Of a stretch of 54,643 bases of DNA, positions 1 to 8,976 are shown piece by piece. This DNA comes from Vulcanimicrobiota bacterium (GTDB taxonomy: Bacteria > Vulcanimicrobiota > Vulcanimicrobiia > Vulcanimicrobiales > Vulcanimicrobiaceae). Location of the stretch: contig DAHXOK010000003.1 of the NCBI GenBank assembly GCA_027364935.1, positions 1 to 54,643 on the forward strand, written 5' to 3'. The notes below the pieces were generated by a model. It saw only the letters and a program-made list of their open reading frames with translations, did no database searches and had not been told where the DNA came from. Within the stretch, counting starts at the first letter, position 1. Each line of letters begins with the position of its first letter. Made by a program: the position numbers and the translations under genes.

Positions 1-1
1 G

Positions 2-664
2 CCGCACGATCGCGACCTTTCGCTCGGCGGTTCGCTCCGCGTCGGCGAGCTCGAACTGCACGCGATCGACGCTCCCGGCCACACGTTCGATCACGTCGTT
101 TTCTTCGAGCCCAAATCGCTCACGCTCTTCACCGGGGACGTGATATTGGGTGAAGGAACGGTCGTCATCGCGCCGCCGGGTGGCGCGATGCGGCCGTATC
201 AGCGCACGCTCGAACGCCTTGCGCGCGAGTTCCCGCAGGCGCGCGCTATTTGCGGAGGACACGGCCCGCTCGTGACCGACGCTCAAGCAAAAATCGCGGA
301 GTACATCGCGCATCGGCAGTGGCGGGAAGCACAGCTCCTCGACGCACTTTCGCATGGGCCGCAGACGATTCCCGAGCTCGTGACGCGCATCTACGCCGGC
401 TCGCAGCCGGCGCTCTGGCCCGCCGCCGCGCGCCAGCTACTGGCGCATCTCCAAGCGTTGACGCAAGAAGGGCGCGTCGTCGCGATGCCCGTAGAGCGGC
501 CGCTCACCGCACGCGAGTCGGCGATGCTCAATCCCGACTGGGCCTCGCTCGTCGAAGCCGAGCTCGCCGCCGTGATCGAAGCCGAGCTCGGCAGTGCGTA
601 TCGCATCGAGCGCCTCGATCGCTACGCGCTCCTACCACGAGAGGACGATCTTGCCGAACTGTGA
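2..664 (+). CDS. MBL-fold metallo-hydrolase, C-terminal part (5' end outside window)
   Basis: Frame 2 is open from nt 2. Translation ...IDAPGHTFDHVVFFEPKSLTLFTGDVILGEGT... matches the metal-ligand region of the metallo-beta-lactamase fold. The ORF track lists only 140..664. Stop is TGA 662-664. Confidence 0.8.
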   Translation, partial: PHDRDLSLGGSLRVGELELHAIDAPGHTFDHVVFFEPKSLTLFTGDVILGEGTVVIAPPGGAMRPYQRTLERLAREFPQARAICGGHGPLVTDAQAKIAEYIAHRQWREAQLLDALSHGPQTIPELVTRIYAGSQPALWPAAARQLLAHLQALTQEGRVVAMPVERPLTARESAMLNPDWASLVEAELAAVIEAELGSAYRIERLDRYALLPREDDLAEL

Positions 665-1627
665 CGCATCGTCCATGCGCCGCATGGCGGCAACGATCTG
701 CGTCATCGAGAAGACGCGATCGACCGCGGGCTTGAGGCCCTTGTCGAACAGAGCGAGCATCGCGGCAAAATCCTGCGGGCTTCCCATCGTCGACCCGATG
801 ACCGAGAGCTCGTTCCAAAAGAGCGCAAAAAGCTTGACGTTTGCCTCCGGGTGCGTGCCGCCGTAGAGCACGACGCGACCGCCGGGACGCACGACGCTAA
901 GCGCTTTCGAGAGCGTCTCGCCTCCGGACGAATCCACGACGAGATCCACCGGGCCGGCGGCCCGCACTTCTTTCTCCCACGAGGAGTTCTCCGCGTAGTT
1001 CAGCGCGAGGTCGGCGCCGAGTGCGCGCGCGCGCTCGAGCTTCTCCTCGCTGCTCGACGTGGCGATGACGCGGGCGCCGGCCTGCTTTGCAAAGAGCAAC
1101 ACGAACGTCTGCACGCCGCCGCCGGCTCCAGGAACCAAGACCGTCTCGCCGCGCGCGAGCTTGCCGCGCGTGAAGAGGGCGCGATACGCGGTAAGCCCTC
1201 CGAGTGGAATCGCCGCCGCCTCTTCGAACGAAAGATGCGCCGGCTTCGGATAGACGTTGCGCGCCGGCACGCAGACGTACTGCGCAAACGTTCCGGCGCG
1301 CGGCATGCCGAGAATCGATGACGCCGGGGAACGCAGCGCCGGATCGTCGCCCCAGTCGAGCATCGGATAGATCACGACATCGCTGCCCGGGTGAAGGCTC
1401 GTGACGCCGTCGCCGAGTGCGGCGACCTCGCCGGCCCCGTCGCTGCCGAGCAGTGCGGGGAGTGCGATCTTCGGGTAGAGGCCGCGCGTGACGAAGAGAT
1501 CGCGATGGTTCAGCGCTGCCGCGCGGATGCGAACCAGCACTTCTCCCGGTGCCGGCGCGGGCGTAGGAACCTCCTCGAGGACGAGCCGCTCCGGGCCGCC
1601 GAGCTCGTGAAGGAGCACCGCACGCAT
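632..1627 (-). CDS. Zinc-type alcohol dehydrogenase / NADPH:quinone oxidoreductase family protein
   Basis: I start at the internal ATG 1627 of track ORF 632..1891. MRAVLLHELGGPERLVLEEVPTPAPAPGEVLVRIRAAALNHRDL... is a typical MDR N-terminus, and GAGGGVQTF is the Rossmann motif. The 88 codons upstream are Arg/Asp-rich and non-homologous. 331 aa. Confidence 0.85.
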   Translation of the reverse strand: MRAVLLHELGGPERLVLEEVPTPAPAPGEVLVRIRAAALNHRDLFVTRGLYPKIALPALLGSDGAGEVAALGDGVTSLHPGSDVVIYPMLDWGDDPALRSPASSILGMPRAGTFAQYVCVPARNVYPKPAHLSFEEAAAIPLGGLTAYRALFTRGKLARGETVLVPGAGGGVQTFVLLFAKQAGARVIATSSSEEKLERARALGADLALNYAENSSWEKEVRAAGPVDLVVDSSGGETLSKALSVVRPGGRVVLYGGTHPEANVKLFALFWNELSVIGSTMGSPQDFAAMLALFDKGLKPAVDRVFSMTQIVAAMRRMDDASQFGKIVLSW

Positions 1628-1693
1628 GGCCAACCGGTACGACGCCACGCACGCCAGGCCTTCGCCACCGTCGCGCCGTACGAGCCACTCCCT

Positions 1694-1948
1694 ATGAAGA
1701 AGCGCGGCCGCATTCTGAGGGCGATCTTTCGGGGAATCGCGCGCGTTCAGGAGAGCTTCGAGATCCACATCGGCCCGATCCACGCACGCGGTGCTCCCGC
1801 CATCCTGGTCGGCGTCACCGGCATCGTTGCCGCGTACGGCGTGGCTGCGATGCTCGCGAGAAGCGCCGAGCGTCTTCCCGAAACGCTTCACGAAGCGCGT
1901 GGGTTGTCGGAGTCGTTGCGAGGCGCGCGCCCGCCACTCAATCCGTGA
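1694..1948 (+). CDS. Hypothetical small membrane protein (84 aa), possibly first gene of the bolA-grx operon
   Basis: ATG 1694 lies inside track ORF 1391..1948. Third codon positions are G/C-rich. One predicted TM helix (APAILVGVTGIVAAYGVAAML). Stop TGA 1946-1948 overlaps the bolA GTG 1945 (GTGA). No recognisable family. Confidence 0.35.
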   Translation: MKKRGRILRAIFRGIARVQESFEIHIGPIHARGAPAILVGVTGIVAAYGVAAMLARSAERLPETLHEARGLSESLRGARPPLNP

Positions 1949-2181
1949 TAGACAACGACGCGCTCGCCGCGCTGATCCGTGAGAGCATTCCCGATGCCGA
2001 GGTCGAGATCGTCGATCGAACCGGCACGATGGATCATTTCAACGTCACCGTTCGGTCAGCAGCCTTCAAAGGCAGGACGCTCGTACAACAACATCAGCTG
2101 GTCTATGGGGCGCTTCGAAGCGCTCTACGCGACGGCCGCGTGCATGCGGTCGAGCTCAAGACCGTCCACAGGGAGGAATGA
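1945..2181 (+). CDS. BolA family protein
   Basis: 78 aa. MIDNDALAALIRESIPDAEVEIVDRTGTMDHFNVTVRSAAFKG...HQLVY has BolA-like length and motifs. Its stop overlaps the glutaredoxin ATG (ATGA). BolA-Grx adjacency is a classic pairing. Confidence 0.85.
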   Translation: MIDNDALAALIRESIPDAEVEIVDRTGTMDHFNVTVRSAAFKGRTLVQQHQLVYGALRSALRDGRVHAVELKTVHREE

Positions 2182-2540
2182 CCATGCCGCAAGAGATTCG
2201 CGACGAGATCGCCCGCGAGATCGGCGCCAACAAGATTCTCGTCTACTGGAAGGGCACGAAGGAGGCTCCGCGCTGCGGATTCACCCTCGAAACGATCGAG
2301 TTCTTCGACCGCTTCGGTTACCCGTTCGAAGTCGTCGACGTGCTCGAAAACATGCCCAAGCGCGACGCGCTTGCCGCGATGACGGAGTGGCCGACGCTGC
2401 CCAAAGTCTTCATCGACGGGACGTTCTACGGCGATACCGACGTGCTCGGCCCGATGGCCGAAAGCGGCGAGCTGCAAACCTTGCTCGAAAAGAGCTTCGG
2501 CGCTCCGCCGCAAGCCAAAGCCACGATCAACCTCCATTAG
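2178..2540 (+). CDS. grxD: Grx4-type monothiol glutaredoxin (active site CGFT instead of CGFS)
   Basis: 120 aa. ILVYWKGTKEAPRCGFTLE...WPTLPKVFIDGTFYGDTDV is the monothiol glutaredoxin signature. Confidence 0.88.
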   Translation: MTMPQEIRDEIAREIGANKILVYWKGTKEAPRCGFTLETIEFFDRFGYPFEVVDVLENMPKRDALAAMTEWPTLPKVFIDGTFYGDTDVLGPMAESGELQTLLEKSFGAPPQAKATINLH

Positions 2541-3395
2541 ATGGCGACGACGATCGTCTCGCCGGAGACGCTTCGCGAGCACGCGGAGGAATCGCAGTGG
2601 ATCCTCGTCGACTGCCGCCACAACCTTCAAGATTTCACTGCCGGGCGGCGCGCGTACCAGGACGGGCACATACCCGGCGCGTTCTTCGCCGATCTGGAAC
2701 GCGACCTCGCCGGAGAGAAGACCGGAAAGAACGGCCGCCACCCGCTTCCCGATCCCGAGCGGTTCGCGGAGTTTCTCCGCTCGCTTGGCGCGCGAGACGA
2801 GACGCAGCTCGTTGCCTACGACGAAGGCGCCGATATGTACGCTGCGCGCTTCTGGTTTCTCTGTCGCTGGATCGGCCACGACGCCGCCGCGGTCCTCGAC
2901 GGTGGCATTACCGGATGGCGCGCGCTAGGATATCCCATCGAGCATGGTCACCCTGAGCGCAGCGAGCGAAGTCGAAGGGCTGCCGGAAATCTCACCATCA
3001 ATCTTCACCCGGAACTCCTCGTCAATGCGAATGACGTGCTCGCGAGTCTCGGCAACGATGCGATGGCAATCGTCGACGCGCGCGCCCCGGAACGATTTCG
3101 CGGTGACGTCGAACCACTCGATCCGGCAGCCGGACACATTCCCGGCGCGCGCAATCGTTGGTTCAAAGAGAACTTCGACGAGCGCGGCCGCTTCAAGGCT
3201 CCGCAGCGGTTACGCGACGAGTTCGCCGGCTACGGGGCGCCCGAAGAGATCGTGCACCAGTGTGGATCGGGCGTCTCCTCGGCAGTGAACGCGCTGGCCA
3301 TGGAACTCGCCGGACTCCACGACTGGCGTCTCTACACCGGCTCGTGGAGCGAATGGTGCGCCGACCCGATGCGCCCGATCGAAACCGGGAACTAG
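2541..3395 (+). CDS. sseA: Sulfurtransferase with two rhodanese domains (3-mercaptopyruvate sulfurtransferase type)
   Basis: 284 aa. Tandem rhodanese layout with active-site loop HQCGSGVSS near the C-terminus. Begins directly after the grx stop. Confidence 0.82.
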   Translation: MATTIVSPETLREHAEESQWILVDCRHNLQDFTAGRRAYQDGHIPGAFFADLERDLAGEKTGKNGRHPLPDPERFAEFLRSLGARDETQLVAYDEGADMYAARFWFLCRWIGHDAAAVLDGGITGWRALGYPIEHGHPERSERSRRAAGNLTINLHPELLVNANDVLASLGNDAMAIVDARAPERFRGDVEPLDPAAGHIPGARNRWFKENFDERGRFKAPQRLRDEFAGYGAPEEIVHQCGSGVSSAVNALAMELAGLHDWRLYTGSWSEWCADPMRPIETGN

Positions 3396-3402
3396 TCGCT
3401 GC

Positions 3403-3897
3403 TCACGTTCGCTTCGACGGCATGGGAACGGCAAATGGCTTCGCGACGGCGCCAGCGGGGGAGGCGTTCAGGCGCGCGAGATCCTCTTCGGACGGCTCTT
3501 GCGCGAAGTCGCGGCACGCATCGACGATGCAATAAAACCCGAACGGCTCGCTTCCGCGATTGACGAACTGATGGATCTCGAGCGGCGCGACGTAGACGAC
3601 GTCGTTCGCTCCAACGGGCGAGGCGGAGTCACCGACGATCGCATATCCCTCGCCGCAGCGAATCACCACGTAGTGCTCGTGCTCGTGCTTCTCCAGGCGC
3701 GACACCGCGCCAGCTTGTAGTTCGAAGTAGCGCAGCTCCATGCGAGGGCCGGGCTGCAAGGGATCGCTCTTACGACCCCCGAGGATCGTGTGGCGCGCGA
3801 CGCCCACCGCCGCCCCGGGGCGGTAGCCTTCGACCTCGACGCCGTCCCAGCCGTCCTGCGTCGCGTGGACGACGCGCCGTTGACGCAACTCTTCCAT
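3403..3897 (-). CDS. Cupin domain protein
   Basis: 164 aa. ...LEKHEHEHYVVIRCGEGYAIVGD...VYVAPLEIHQFVN is the two-motif cupin metal-binding signature. Confidence 0.8.
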   Translation of the reverse strand: MEELRQRRVVHATQDGWDGVEVEGYRPGAAVGVARHTILGGRKSDPLQPGPRMELRYFELQAGAVSRLEKHEHEHYVVIRCGEGYAIVGDSASPVGANDVVYVAPLEIHQFVNRGSEPFGFYCIVDACRDFAQEPSEEDLARLNASPAGAVAKPFAVPMPSKRT

Positions 3898-3906
3898 AAC
3901 CGACCC

Positions 3907-5204
3907 TTAGGATAGCACACCGCCGCCCTTGCGGCGACCGCGCAGGCGCAGGACGATGAGCGCCACGCTCGCGACAACCACGATGGCGAGCAGCGCTGCA
4001 ACGGTCGGTGCGACGAAGAGCCGGCGGCGCAATCCGGCGCACCGCACGAACGCGCCGCCGAACCGCGTCTGCGCGCACCATGGCGTGCGCCACGTCGAAG
4101 CCGTGACCTCACCGTGCGTCGATCCGGCGACGAGCGCGCTGGCGCCGCGCGCATCGACGCCGCGTCGACGCTCCGGGCACCGTATGCGGCGTCAAAATCG
4201 AACTCCGGGCCCCAAACGGCTCGCTGCGCGTCGTACGCATAGAGCGTGTAGTCGCGCAGCGCGCCGTCGGGTGCGACGCGTAGGCGCAGGAACGCCGGGT
4301 TGTTGTCGTAGATAGGCGAGATCGACGGTGCGATGATGGTTGGCGCGCCGAGGATGCGAAAGTCGTTCCGGTGCACGTGCCCGGCGAGAGCAAAAGCGAC
4401 GCGCCTGCCATGCCGATCGAGTTCGCGAACGTACGCCCGATCGTCCGCTGCCTGCAGGAATGGAACGACGAACAAACGATGCGCGAAGAGCGTGCTCGCC
4501 GCATCGACGCCCGCGGGAATGTGCGCGATCACGACCGCGCGCGTGCCGCTGGGCATTTCTGCGAGCGTTCGATCGAGCCAAGAGAGCTCGACTGCGGCCT
4601 GGTCTCCGTTCGTCTTGCCGCACGCACGGTAGATCACGGACCAATAGACGTCGTCCAAAACGACCGCCCGCAGCGAGCGCACCGGCAACTGCGCGGTATA
4701 GTATCCACCGCTGGAAAAGGCGCGCGTAAATGCGGGCGCGGCGCCGCCGCGATCGACGAGCGGCGCCCAGATACGCGCCAACGCTTTGAGGTACGGAGTA
4801 TTTGGAGCGGTGCGATAATCGCCGCACGGGTCGTCGTTGTTACCGAGCGCGATTGCGAACTGCGCGCGCGGAAACGCCGCCGCGAGGCCGGCGGCGATGC
4901 GGCGCATCGTCTCCTCTGCTGCGACCGAAGGCAGCGCGTGGTGCGCGCGCGCCAGGTCGGGAAAGCGATGCGCCAGAAAATCGCCGGCGACGATCACCAC
5001 CTCGGGATGCGGGTCCACGCGCTGCATGGCAGCCAACGCACCGCGCCAAAGCGCCCAATTCGTATCGGAGCCGTAGGCACTGGGTGCGGGACCGGCGTCG
5101 TAGGGATCGAGGTGGATGTCGCTCACGACGAGCCACGCCTGATCGGCGCGCGCCTGGATCGGCAACAAGAAAAGCGCCAGGAGCGCGACGAAGACGCACC
5201 GCAT
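3907..5204 (-). pseudogene. Secreted calcineurin-like metallophosphoesterase (acid-sphingomyelinase-like phosphodiesterase type) with apparent frameshift
   Basis: ATG 5204 gives signal peptide MRCVFVALLALFLLPIQARA, then VVSDIHLD...VIVAGDFLAH...ALGNND...GHVHRN motifs. After ...FDFDAAYGARSVDAASMRAA (about nt 4140) the track frame turns Arg/Ser-rich and runs over the cupin gene. The neighbouring frame reads ...SALVAGSTHGEVTASTWRTPWCAQTRFGGAFVRCAG...VAALLAIVVVASVALIVL...* and stops at TAA 3907-3909. The span is 1298 nt, not a multiple of 3. Confidence 0.65.
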
Positions 5205-5655
5205 GCAGTACTGGTTGTTCAAGAGCGAGCCGCACGCCTACGGCTTCGAGCAACTGCGCGCCGACGGCACAACGCCGTGGACGGGCGTGCGTAACTGGCA
5301 AGCACGCGGGACCATGCAAGCGATGGCTCTGGGCGACCTCGGCTTCTTCTACCATTCGTCGATTCCACGGCCGGCCGCCGTCGGCGTCTGCCGCGTCGTG
5401 AAAGCTGCCTACCCCGACTTCACCCAGTTCGATCCGAGCAGCGAGTATTACGACGCGACCTCACGCCCAGAGCGCCCGAAATGGTACATGGTCGAGGTCG
5501 AGTACGTCGAGCCGCTGCCGCACCCGGTGACGCTCGCGCAAATGCGCGCGGAGCCGCGCCTCGAGGGTATGGTCCTGCTGCGGCGCGGGCGCCTCTCGGT
5601 TCAGCCGGTGACGCAGCGCGAATGGGAGATCGTGCTCGAGCTGGCCCGCGCGTAA
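5203..5655 (+). CDS. EVE (PUA-like) domain protein
   Basis: 150 aa. MQYWLFKSEP...WTGVRNWQARGTMQAMALGDLGFFYHS...VGVCRVVKAAYPD is typical of the EVE / thymocyte-nuclear-protein-1-like family. Its ATG shares the CATG with the divergent phosphoesterase start. Confidence 0.85.
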   Translation: MQYWLFKSEPHAYGFEQLRADGTTPWTGVRNWQARGTMQAMALGDLGFFYHSSIPRPAAVGVCRVVKAAYPDFTQFDPSSEYYDATSRPERPKWYMVEVEYVEPLPHPVTLAQMRAEPRLEGMVLLRRGRLSVQPVTQREWEIVLELARA

Positions 5656-5661
5656 ACGAAT

Positions 5662-5699
5662 GCGGGCCCCGCCGAAGCGGGGCCCGCGCTCTTCTTTCG
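5662..5699. terminator. Bidirectional intrinsic terminator between convergent genes
   Basis: Perfect 11-bp stem gcgggccccgc (5662-5672) / gcggggcccgc (5677-5687) with loop cgaa. Followed by a T-rich run cttctttcg on the + strand and attcgttta on the - strand. Confidence 0.75.
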
Positions 5700-5712
5700 T
5701 GCTCTCGTGCGT

Positions 5713-8700
5713 TTACGGTCCGCCGAACGTCTTCGTCAGCTCGACGTGCCAGACTGCCGGACCGAGCTGGTTCTCGATCGAGGCGGCTTGCTGGCCGTTC
5801 GCCAAGCCGTAGTTCACGCCCGTACCGATGTATTCGTAGTAGCCGGGCAATGCGTTGAAGATGTTGTCACCGGAGATCTGGAGCGACAACGCGTGGTTCA
5901 GTGGAACGCGCAGCGACGCGTACGTGATCCAGAACGGCGGAGAGTTGAACGAGTTGTTCTTTCCGAGGAACGTACTGCCGAGCACGGCTCGCCACCCGCT
6001 GGGAGCGGACCAGTTGAGCTCTGCATGCCCCGTCAAGAACGGGATGTTCGTGTTCGAGAAGCCGTTCGGGCTGTCGCTGCAGTTGTACGGAAAGGCCGGG
6101 TTCTGAGCGTGCGGCGCCTTATACGTGCCGCAATAATACGATCCTGCGAAACTCGCGTTGCCCTCGAACTGCCCGCCGGCGATGATGTTGAGGTTCGTGT
6201 TGTAGTTCGCCGGAACGCACGGAGCGCTGGGGAAGCCCGGGACCGGGGCGCAGTAGAAGTTCGGCGCCAGGTTGTAGGCGTACGCGTGCTCGAGCGATGC
6301 GGCGAGATCGAAGCCGAAACCCTTGACGGGCACGTGCTTGAGCCCCGCTTCCACGCCTACAAAGCGTGCGTTCGAGACGTTTTGGTTCTGGCTATAGTAG
6401 ATCGGAACCGGCGTGACGCCGCAGTTGGACCCTGGATAGCTCGTATTCGTGCAGGTCAAGCCGCTGGCAAACACCGACGTGATGAAGTGGTTGAACAGAT
6501 TCGTCTCGTACAGGTCGACCGATGCGACGGTGTCGCCGTCCGCGAATCGATAGTCCGAACCCAGATCGTAGCCCATCGACGTTTCGGGATGCAAGTTTGC
6601 GTTCGGAATGTTGATCGTCACCGCGCCGTTGCAGCCGAAGAACCCACATGACGGATATCCCAACGGCCTCGTGAGTTCGGCCAGATACTCCGGAGCGATA
6701 CTCGAACCGGCCGAGAGCCGAACCGCGACGTTCGGCGCGGGACGCCACTCGAGCGCCGTACGCGCGTCGAAGTGCGACTGATTGGTGGTCGCCCAGACGA
6801 CGTTACTGCCGTACGGCGAGCACGACGCGCCGGGAAGATTGTGATTCAAACCGTTTTGGCCGTACCAGCCCGTCGTGAACAGACATTGATTTGCAAACGT
6901 GTTGTGGTACGTGTTGTCGTACAGCGACACGATCCATTGCAGCTTCGGATTGATGTTGAGGATGTTCCGAAGCATGTACGTGTTCATGATTTGGCTGGAA
7001 CCGCCCGGAACCGTGGTCGACGGCGCGGCTAGACCGGGAAAGGGGTCCGGCCCCGGGCACGCGAGTCCCGTGAACTGTCCGAGCCCATTCGCCCTCGGCG
7101 AACAACCAAAGAGGCTTCCGACACCGTTCGTTTGGTAGTTCGTGGACTCGGCGCTGAGCGTGAACTCGTTACCCTCGCCGTACGGATGCGTGAACTCGAA
7201 CGAATAGCCGTTGAGCTTATCGAGCTCGAACTGACGATAGTACGAGAAGAACGCGGTCGGTTCGCTCACGCCGTTGTAGGTCGTGTAGTTTCCCGCCTCG
7301 TGGTTCACGCCGTAGTACGTGTAGTTTTGTACGACCGGAACGTACGGGCTGTTCGATCCGCCATCGATGAGGCGGTTGACGTTGGCGTGATAGTAGCGCG
7401 CGAGGATGGTGTTGTCGCCGATCGTCGACTGGATTTCCGCCTGAACGACCGGCTCCGAGTTTACCTCACCCTCGGTTCCGCCGGTCGCGCCCGGATATGG
7501 GCCTCCCGACGGTCCCCAGAAGTGCGTCCCCGGCGTAAGCGAGCCCGAATACCCGTGTCCGGAAGCGGGAAGGAAGACGTCCGGCTGCAGCGTGCTCGCC
7601 GTGTTGGCGTTTTGGTCGGCGTAGGACTCGGTGACGAAATACGTCACCGTCGCGCGCGTGTAGTCGGAGAGATGGTACTGCGCCTTCAAGAGTTCCGCGT
7701 ACTGGTTGAAGTAGCCGTTATATGTGTAGCAGCACGCGACGAGGCCTTGAGCCGAGAAGGGCGCCGTCTCGGTGTTCCCGATATATTGGCGGCTGTCGTT
7801 ATAGTTCGCGACGTTGCCCGTCGTGCCGTTCCAGCCGATGACGCCGTTGGGACCAGGGCCGACGTTGAAGTACGTCCGCTGATTGTGCATCAGGCCCGGA
7901 TCGTTGACACCGGCAAGCTGGACGACGAAGCCCAAGCGGCCGTTGAGCACGGTGTCAGAGACGCCGAAGTGATAGTACGTGCCGCCGTCGCTGATGTAGC
8001 CAAAGCCGTAATCGGGCGTAAACACCCGCGTCGGGTCCTTGGTACGGAAGTTCAGGGTGCCGCCGATAGCGTAGTTCGTCTGCGGCGACATGGCGCCCGG
8101 CCCTTTGATGACGTCGACGTTCGAGAACAGATAACTGTTCAAGAAGGTCGTGACGTAGTCGCCGTAGTCGACGACGGCCAGCGGATGGCCGTCGATGAGG
8201 GTTGCCGTCTCGTACGAGAGGCCGCCACGAATGTTCGGAACGACGATCGAACCCGGCGACGCACCGTTCGCGCTCGAGGTCGGATAGCTGATCTGCAAGC
8301 CGGGGATCTGGTCGAGCGTATGGTTAACCGAGTACTGCCCCTGCTCTTCGAACTGCTGCGACGTCAGCGTATTGACCGAGGCGGTCGATGTGTTAAAGGT
8401 GCCGTGCCCGCTCACCGTCACGTGCGCGATCGTGCGCAGCGTCGTGAACGTTGCGACCGGCATGGAGACGGAGACGATCTCCGGAGCCCCCGCGACGATG
8501 GCGACGTCGTTCTCTGCCGTCTGGTATCCAGGCTTCTCAACCGTCAAGCGGTAGATTCCCGGGACGACGTTTGAAAGGGTAAACGCGCCGTTCGCGTCCG
8601 TCGTTGCCGTGTAGGTCTGCGGCCCGACGAGGGAGACCGACGCATCCGAGATGGGTGCGCCCTCCGACGAGGTTGCGGTGCCTTGCACCGAGCCTGTTGC

Positions 8701-8805
8701 CTGTGCCACGACGTTTGCGCCATGCATCACCGTCGCCGCGCTTACGGGTCCGACGGTGAGCGTTGCAAACAACAACGCGGCCAGGATGCGAGTGAGAGTA
8801 CTCAC
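5713..8805 (-). CDS. TonB-dependent-receptor-like outer-membrane protein with N-terminal carboxypeptidase-regulatory-like domain
   Basis: GTG 8805 is preceded by GGAGGA (8809-8814). Signal peptide VSTLTRILAALLFATLTVGPVSA. Then a CarboxypepD_reg-like segment (GTATSSEGAPISDASVSLVG...TDANGAFTLSNVVPGIYRLTVEKPGY), a plug-like segment (QIPGLQI...IRGGLSYETATLIDGHPL...VDVIKGPGA) and a long Gly/Asn/Tyr-rich barrel. 1030 aa. Confidence 0.8.
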   Translation of the reverse strand: MSTLTRILAALLFATLTVGPVSAATVMHGANVVAQATGSVQGTATSSEGAPISDASVSLVGPQTYTATTDANGAFTLSNVVPGIYRLTVEKPGYQTAENDVAIVAGAPEIVSVSMPVATFTTLRTIAHVTVSGHGTFNTSTASVNTLTSQQFEEQGQYSVNHTLDQIPGLQISYPTSSANGASPGSIVVPNIRGGLSYETATLIDGHPLAVVDYGDYVTTFLNSYLFSNVDVIKGPGAMSPQTNYAIGGTLNFRTKDPTRVFTPDYGFGYISDGGTYYHFGVSDTVLNGRLGFVVQLAGVNDPGLMHNQRTYFNVGPGPNGVIGWNGTTGNVANYNDSRQYIGNTETAPFSAQGLVACCYTYNGYFNQYAELLKAQYHLSDYTRATVTYFVTESYADQNANTASTLQPDVFLPASGHGYSGSLTPGTHFWGPSGGPYPGATGGTEGEVNSEPVVQAEIQSTIGDNTILARYYHANVNRLIDGGSNSPYVPVVQNYTYYGVNHEAGNYTTYNGVSEPTAFFSYYRQFELDKLNGYSFEFTHPYGEGNEFTLSAESTNYQTNGVGSLFGCSPRANGLGQFTGLACPGPDPFPGLAAPSTTVPGGSSQIMNTYMLRNILNINPKLQWIVSLYDNTYHNTFANQCLFTTGWYGQNGLNHNLPGASCSPYGSNVVWATTNQSHFDARTALEWRPAPNVAVRLSAGSSIAPEYLAELTRPLGYPSCGFFGCNGAVTINIPNANLHPETSMGYDLGSDYRFADGDTVASVDLYETNLFNHFITSVFASGLTCTNTSYPGSNCGVTPVPIYYSQNQNVSNARFVGVEAGLKHVPVKGFGFDLAASLEHAYAYNLAPNFYCAPVPGFPSAPCVPANYNTNLNIIAGGQFEGNASFAGSYYCGTYKAPHAQNPAFPYNCSDSPNGFSNTNIPFLTGHAELNWSAPSGWRAVLGSTFLGKNNSFNSPPFWITYASLRVPLNHALSLQISGDNIFNALPGYYEYIGTGVNYGLANGQQAASIENQLGPAVWHVELTKTFGGP

Positions 8806-8976
8806 GTATCCTCCAGCACTGAAGTAAAGAGAGACATTTCGATGATGGGGCTCGTCGATTGAATGGTCATTTGTCGCGGGTCCGTCGACCGCAATAGCCA
8901 TAGTGCCCCTTCCCAATGGCCCAGCAAAAAGGTAGCCAACCCGTGCCGTCTGCCTTCGCCGCCCGGCGCTAGCCCC

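Noticed and set aside
3663-3906. C-terminal tail of track ORF 3663..5222 overlapping the cupin gene
   Set aside because: The composition becomes Arg/Ser/Ala-rich after about nt 4140. The adjacent frame gives a homologous-looking C-terminus with a TM anchor and stops at 3907, so I treat it as a frameshift artefact.
7132-8574. 480-aa + strand ORF (also 5707..6651, 314 aa)
   Set aside because: Antisense shadow ORFs inside the TonB-dependent-receptor-like gene. Composition is Arg/Val/Asp-rich as expected for the reverse frame of a high-GC gene. No motifs.
8806-8976. Possible cobalamin or TPP riboswitch upstream of the TonB-dependent-receptor-like gene
   Set aside because: The region is only 171 nt, has no B12-box or TPP consensus visible, and looks like an ordinary lower-GC promoter region with a strong GGAGGA RBS.
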